Source: Macrostomum lignano
Taxonomy: Eukaryota
NCBI GenBank assembly: GCA_002269645.1
Contig: NIVC01000764.1
Coordinates: forward strand, 186,001 to 250,000
Direction of reading: 5' to 3'
Length of the DNA stretch: 64,000 nucleotides
Made by a program: the position numbers and the translations under genes. Under the pieces are notes generated by a model. The model did no database searches, was not told the DNA's origin, and saw only the letters and a program-made list of their open reading frames with translations. Positions 58,535 to 64,000 of the stretch are shown here, piece by piece (position 1 is the stretch's first letter; each line of letters starts with the position of its first letter).

Positions 58535-58598
58535 TGTACTCTCACGTTATTTGCTGTACTCTCACGTTATTTGCTGTACTCTCACGTTATTTGCTGTA
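58535..58598. repeat. 3 x 20-bp tandem repeat in the gag leader (tgtactctcacgttatttgc)
   Basis: Three exact copies abutting the gag ATG. Confidence 0.95.
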
Positions 58599-58629
58599 GC
58601 GGTCGACTTAGTCGGATTCCAATCCCTTT

Positions 58630-58641
58630 CCGCTGCCACCA
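58630..58641 (-). other. Primer binding site TGGTGGCAGCGG (tRNA-Leu type)
   Basis: 3 nt inside the 5' LTR; complementary to the recalled metazoan tRNA-Leu 3' end ...CCGCTGCCACCA. Confidence 0.85.
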
Positions 58642-58644
58642 AGT

Positions 58645-59511
58645 TGTACCAGGGGGTGTTTAACTAAATTGTAGACTATCCTACCGATGTCACCAAGTTG
58701 TTGCAGGCTTAAACTCTCTCTAGAAATTATCCTACCGCAGGCACCAAGTTTTTGTAGGTGTCTTTACTATTATGGTATTCTTATTCCACTATGCCACCAA
58801 GTTGTCGCAGGGCTATACACTTCCTAATTTATAATTACGCTACGGAATCAAGTTGTTGTAAATTAAGATAGTTATTACTCCATAAAATTGCTTAGTCAAT
58901 TGCTGCTTCTTAGAAAATATCAAGTCTAGAATTCTAATCTAAGGACTCCTTGAATCTATGCAAGGCGCCCTGGTAGCAGTGTCGAGCGGCAAACACTGGT
59001 CTACATGTAATTATGAATCTCACTACTATTATTATTACTACTATTAGTTCCCTATATTTAGTTGCGGGCTCCCTGGGAAGGAGTTGCCCGACTCGTCAAC
59101 CGTCTATTTCTGGCTTCTCACAGCTTTCCTGGCCTCTTACGGCTTTTTCTGGCTTCTTACAGTTTTTCTTGGCCTCTTACGGCTTTTCTGGCTTCTCACA
59201 GCTTTCTTGGCCTCTTACGGCTTTTCTGGCCTCTTACAGCTTTTTCTCCTGTCTTGCTTTCCAGTGACTAAGACAACACGTTTTGCTTTTCTTGACCGAA
59301 TCGAGGAAACGGCGGGCGAAGTTTTTAAAGCCCGAAAACGCTTGTATTTATAGGTTTACTGAGGGGGGGGGACGGGTGCGCGGGACGTGGTTAAACAAAA
59401 TATCAATTTAAACAAAATAATTATTTTTCGCTATAACAAAATAATTCCGTAACCAAGAAATTTGGCGTAAATTCGAAATGGTATACGTATAAAAATATTG
59501 GGCCTGCCTCA
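58645..59511 (-). repeat. 5' LTR
   Basis: TG...CA; TATAAAT on the minus strand near 59350. Confidence 0.97.
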
Positions 59512-60099
59512 CAAACTAAGTCTAAATCTGGTCATACATGTTTGGTCATAGCTCAAGTCATAGTCAAAGGCCTGTTAGAGCAGAGCTAGACTACGCTAGA
59601 CTGAATTGTGCTAAGAGGGGGGCTACACAACACTGTAGATAACAACACTTTACTCTACTACACAACATCCATAGTACACACTACAAGTCTACGATCCGGT
59701 CAGCCGCAGAGTCAAGTGAGGTGGGGGCGGAGAAAAGAAAATAAAACTTGAGCTTTTGAAAATCGGCCGGGCTGCTGACACGAAACTAAAGAAGCGCTTA
59801 TAATTTTAACAAGCTGTTGAAACCCGCGGATTTTGAACCCGGGGAATTCCAATCCCGGAACTATTTTTCCATGTTTTCTGAAATCTGAGGCCATACTCAA
59901 ACAAAAACTTTTTAATAGTTAGTAGGATAGAGATAGACATCAAATGGAGTACATTTGTGTAAAATTAGAATTTGAGTCAAACATTGATCTTGTTGGTTGG
60001 GTTGCTTTTTACTTTAAATAGGCAGTTAATGTCTGTCTGACTCTAAAACATGTATCGGCAAACTCTGGCCTCTGCCTCTGACTCTCTGAGTCCCTTGGA

Positions 60100-61320
60100 T
60101 CCTTTGAAACTTCTATCTTCTCTTCTGTTTCCTCTCCTCTCTCGTCCCTCGTCTCTCCTCTCTGCTCTCTCTCCTCTCCTCTCTTCTCTTTTTCCTCTTT
60201 CCTCTCCCCTCTTTTCTCTTCTTTTTCATCTCTCTTATCTCATGTCTTTTCTCTTCTTTTCTCTTTCCTCTCCTCCCACTCTTCTCTCATCTTATCATTC
60301 ACCTCTCCTCTCTCTCGTCTTTATTTGCTCTCTGATCTCTCCTTTCTCTTCTCTCTCTTCTCTTTTATCTCTTTTTATTTCTCTCTGCTTCCCCTCTCTC
60401 TGCTTCCCCCTCTCTCTGCTTCCCCCCTCTCTCTCTGCTTCCCCCCCTCTCTCTCTGCTTCCCCCCTCTTTCTCTGCTTCCCCCCTCTCTCTGCTTCCCC
60501 CTCTCTCTCTGCTTCCCCCTCTCTCTCTGCTTCCCCCCTCTATCTCTGCTTCCCCTCTCTCTCTGCTTCCCCTCTCTCTCTGCTTCCCCCTCTCTATCTC
60601 TCTGCTTCCCCCTCTCTCTCTGCTTCCCCCTCTCTCTCTGCTTCCCCCTCTCTCTTATCTCTCCTCTCCCATCTTTCTTCTCTCTACTCTCTCCCCTCCA
60701 TTCTCCTCTTTTCTCTCCTCTCGCCTCACTCACATCTCTCTCCCTTTGTCTCTCCTCTCGTCTCTGTAATCTCTTCTCTCTTCTCTCTCCTTTGTTCTCT
60801 CTACTCTCCCATCTCTCGTCTGTTCATTTTCGTCTCTGCTCTCAGCTCATCCCCCTCTTTCATCTGTCATCTTTACTGTCTTATATGTTCTCTCATTCTG
60901 TCCTCTGTACTCTTTTCTTTCACCTCTTTTGTCTCCTCACTTTCCTTTCTCCTTTCTTCTATTCTCTTCTCTTCCCTCTTCTATATACTCTCTCCCTCTC
61001 TTGTCTCGTCTCTTCTCTCTCCCCTCTCCTCCTTTATCTCTCATCTCTCATCTCATCTCTCTTTACACCTCTCTCATCTGTACAACCTTATCTCTTCTCT
61101 CTTCCAAGTTCCATTTACTCTCTCATCTCTCCTTTCTCCTCTTTACTAACTCCTCTCTGCTCTTCTCTCTGCTCTCTCCTCTCTACCCGCTCCTCTCTAC
61201 TCTCTCCTCTCATCGTCCTCACTCCCTCATATCTCCTATTATCTTTTATCTTTTCTCTTATTCTCTCTCTCACCTCTCCTCTCTTTTCGAATAGTCTATT
61301 CCTTCTTCTCTCCACTCTCA
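60100..61320. repeat. CT-rich low-complexity region including ctctctctgcttcccc units
   Basis: Visible; the S/L/P-rich ORFs are artefacts. Confidence 0.95.
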
Positions 61321-63194
61321 ACTGCCCCTCAGCCATAAGCAGGATTCTTTTCTGGCCTTTGAGGTAAAAGTCTGCCCATTCCTGCTTGGAAAGCCAGTTT
61401 TTGGGACGTAGTACTCTCATGGCTGTTCTCATGCTTTGATCATGTCATCTTTCTTGCCAATTTGCAAGCCCTGAAAAGAATTTGTGTATCTTCAGCTCCA
61501 CTGCAGTCTGCATCAGTCTAACAACCAAGGAAATTACGCATTTCTTAGGAGGCCATTTAAATTTTAAAGTTACCTTATGCGAATCTTAATGTTAAAATTT
61601 TCATGGTGTAACTAATTTAGTAGGATTGCATTGTAATCAGTTATTCATTAATTTTTCGCTATTTTTTTTAAACCATCCCACATCGCCTTGATTTGCCATC
61701 CTTGTTTAACTGCTTCGACTTGTCTATACAGAGGACAGTAAGTTTGAATCTCTCGCTAAACTCTCTCCTCTCAACGCCTCTCCACTCGCGGGGGTACAGA
61801 GAAGGCTATTAAAAAGTTATTCCAAAACACTGTACACTCGCTATGTACATTGAGCCCTATCGCCTGACCCTTCGTCTGGCCCTGGGGGAATGAGTGAGTG
61901 AGTGGCACAAACAACAGAAAAAGCAGACAAACTTCACATGCTTACAGTTTCTGTTCTGATTGAGTTAGAGAGTTGAAACTTTACATTTAGACAGAGAATG
62001 AATCAAAGAAGAATTGTGTTAAGTTAGAAGTCAATCGCTTCACGTGGAGCAAACTTATGGCAACCGAAAGTTAGGCATTTTAAAACCTGATTCACACCCT
62101 TTGCCCAGATCGGGAAAGAGAGGCAGGCGGGTGGAGGTTGGGGTGGTTGCTACGCTGAAAAAACAGCCTAACTTTAAAAGTGCACAGCGGCTTTCAGGAT
62201 TAACTTTGAGATTTGAAATTTTACACGATTGTGTCAAAATAGTTGAAAATTGCCTGTGTCAAATTTGAAGAGAATCGGTAGAAGTGGAGCGGCGCTATGG
62301 AGGATTTAGTGAAAAAATCGCGCATTTTGAGCAGTTTTTTGTACTTTTAGGTAGGAAGACTTGAGTCTAGGAAATTTAAAGGTAGCCTAAGACATTCTCC
62401 GTAGTAAGTTTAGGGTGGGTGTAAAGTTTGGTGTAATTTGGTTGAGCGGTTTGGGAGTCCATAGCGATCAAAATTGTCCACACACACACACACACACACA
62501 CAGAGTTTTGATTTTTATATGTAGAGATTACTATGCGAGGTGGGGCAATTTTAACTTTTGAATTACCGCCGGCGTTGCGTTCGCACGAATTGAATCCGGA
62601 AAATCGCGCCGACGAATCTTAACGAAATTTCTCCTGAATACTCCGGCTGCCGGGGGGTGGTAGTTCGGTCGTAGGCGGGCGGTCTTCGTTAGGCACGGTC
62701 GTTCAGAGACACCGAAAATTAATGTACCTCGTATGCTTGACTTATTACTATCAGTAGAGTAGCGCTGCCACAACCGTAATTTACGTATTACGGAACGTTG
62801 AAGTCTCAGAGATTTCTTTGAGTTGAGAACTTGACTATTTTTAAGCACCGTGGGCAAAAAACTCAATAAAGGTTAAGGTTTCAAGATAATTAATAAGCGA
62901 TTAAGTATCGTTCAACGTTTATTAAACCACAAAAGAACTAAGGAATATAGTTATGCTAGCAAGGTAACTTATTAAGATCGGCGACCTGACAAGTAGATGA
63001 GAGCCGGCAGTGCCGCGAGCGCGCTAATAACAGTTAACTAAGTTTAAGCACAAACGACTGGTCTCAAATTGAGCTAAATTGATTCAGAAGTTAACGGTTA
63101 AATTGCAGCAGGGGATGACGAGAGGGAAGGGAGGGAAAACCAAAAAGAAAAGGAGAAGGAGGCATGAAAACAAACGGCACCCGGGAACATCATT

Positions 63195-64000
63195 AACAAC
63201 AACAACAAGTAAGGCCCAAGGTTCGATTTTGGGCGTCACAGGTCGCGCCTCAGAGCACGGGAGCGGAACCAGGCCGGTCTACCGGCCTGGTCTGGGGCGC
63301 CAGCATCGGCCAGCAGGCAGTCCGGATACCGCCGAGTGCGCGCCTGCCCCCGCCGGAAGGGCGCCGGGAGCGCAAGCAGCAGCGTCTCCTGCGCCGGCTC
63401 GGGGCAGTACGCCTCAGCGCGGATGAGGTGGCCTGCCAGCTGGAGCCGCCGACGGCGGAGCAGATCGCTGGGGCGGGCCAGGCGAGCTCGGGCGTACAGC
63501 GCCGCGTTGGTGACATGCTCTCCGCCGCCGATCTTGAAGGCAGCGCGCAGCAGGCCGGCGTGCGCCGCGTCGACCTGTCGCTCGAGCGTCTCACCGCCTG
63601 GAACAACGCCGAGCGCTGGCGGTCTGGCAGGGCCGCAGAGTGCAGGACGGTTCTCATGGAGTTGAAGGCCGCCCAAGCGAGTCCACGGCGACGCCTCAGG
63701 TCGTCGAAGGCGTCAGGTACCAGGCCGCCTGCTGAACGCGCGGCAGCAGCGTTGCCTGCCCATCAGCGCCTCGTTAGTAGATGTCGGCTTGGATGTTGGT
63801 GGGCATGGTGAGCACGACGGTCTTTTGCGTGTTGATCACCAGGCCGACGCTCGCAGCAACGCCAACCAGACGGTCCAGCTGACGTTGGGCGCCCTCGACG
63901 GTTGAGGACAGCAGGGCGAAATAATCGGCGTAGCCCAGGATGCTGAGGCGACGCTCTGGCTGGCGGCGGCCCACACGGCGTTGCAGGAGGAAGCCATCGT
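63195..64000 (-). mobile_element. Degenerate 3' part of a second RTE subfamily copy (runs off the window)
   Basis: Homologous to 22712-23530, but with YADD changed to YADY, a stop, frameshifts and loss of the IETVLLYNAETWTL segment; (TTG)n tail. Confidence 0.9.

Larger units (their letters stand above)
49976..59511 (-). mobile_element. Full-length Ty3/Gypsy LTR retrotransposon, very recent insertion
   Basis: TG...CA LTRs of 866 and 867 bp; the only difference I found is in one G-run; TSD CAAA (49972-49975, 59512-59515); PBS, PPT, gag, PR-RT-RH-IN order. Confidence 0.97.

Noticed and set aside
62090-62530. Non-autonomous Helitron-like element ending in (CA)n...ttttatatgtagagat
   Set aside because: Only a loose resemblance from memory; ends and copies cannot be verified from this window

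Overview
Eukaryotic (animal) genomic DNA with GC-rich exons and introns packed with intron-specific minisatellites. The style resembles a Macrostomum-like flatworm (inference, not demonstrated). Two convergent host genes can be assembled with frame-consistent splice sites: a 5-exon DEG/ENaC (ASIC-like) channel on + (1515-8044, 591 aa) and an NR1J/HR96-type nuclear receptor on - (core exons 11120-19092, candidate alternative 5' exons out to 37127). Mobile DNA: two RTE-clade LINEs (about 22.7-25.8 kb, and 63.2 kb to the window end), a 5'-truncated Penelope-like element with a minimal hammerhead ribozyme, three tRNA-derived SINEs (two of CORE type), a foldback element, a deleted hAT transposon with TIRs and 8-bp TSD, and a very young 9.5-kb Ty3/Gypsy LTR retrotransposon (49976-59511). 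The Gypsy element is the most unusual object. It has a G_GGA_AAC -1 frameshift site and an extra non-env ORF3 behind what looks like its own TATA/Inr/CCAAT promoter. The U5 end of each LTR holds a repeat-spacer array of four progressively decayed copies of the LTR-end + tRNA primer-binding-site junction, separated by unique 21-24 nt spacers. A CpG-depleted domain (about 42.2-50 kb) shows direct CpG-to-TpG/CpA decay. All alignments and counts were made by eye; tandem-array boundaries are approximate.
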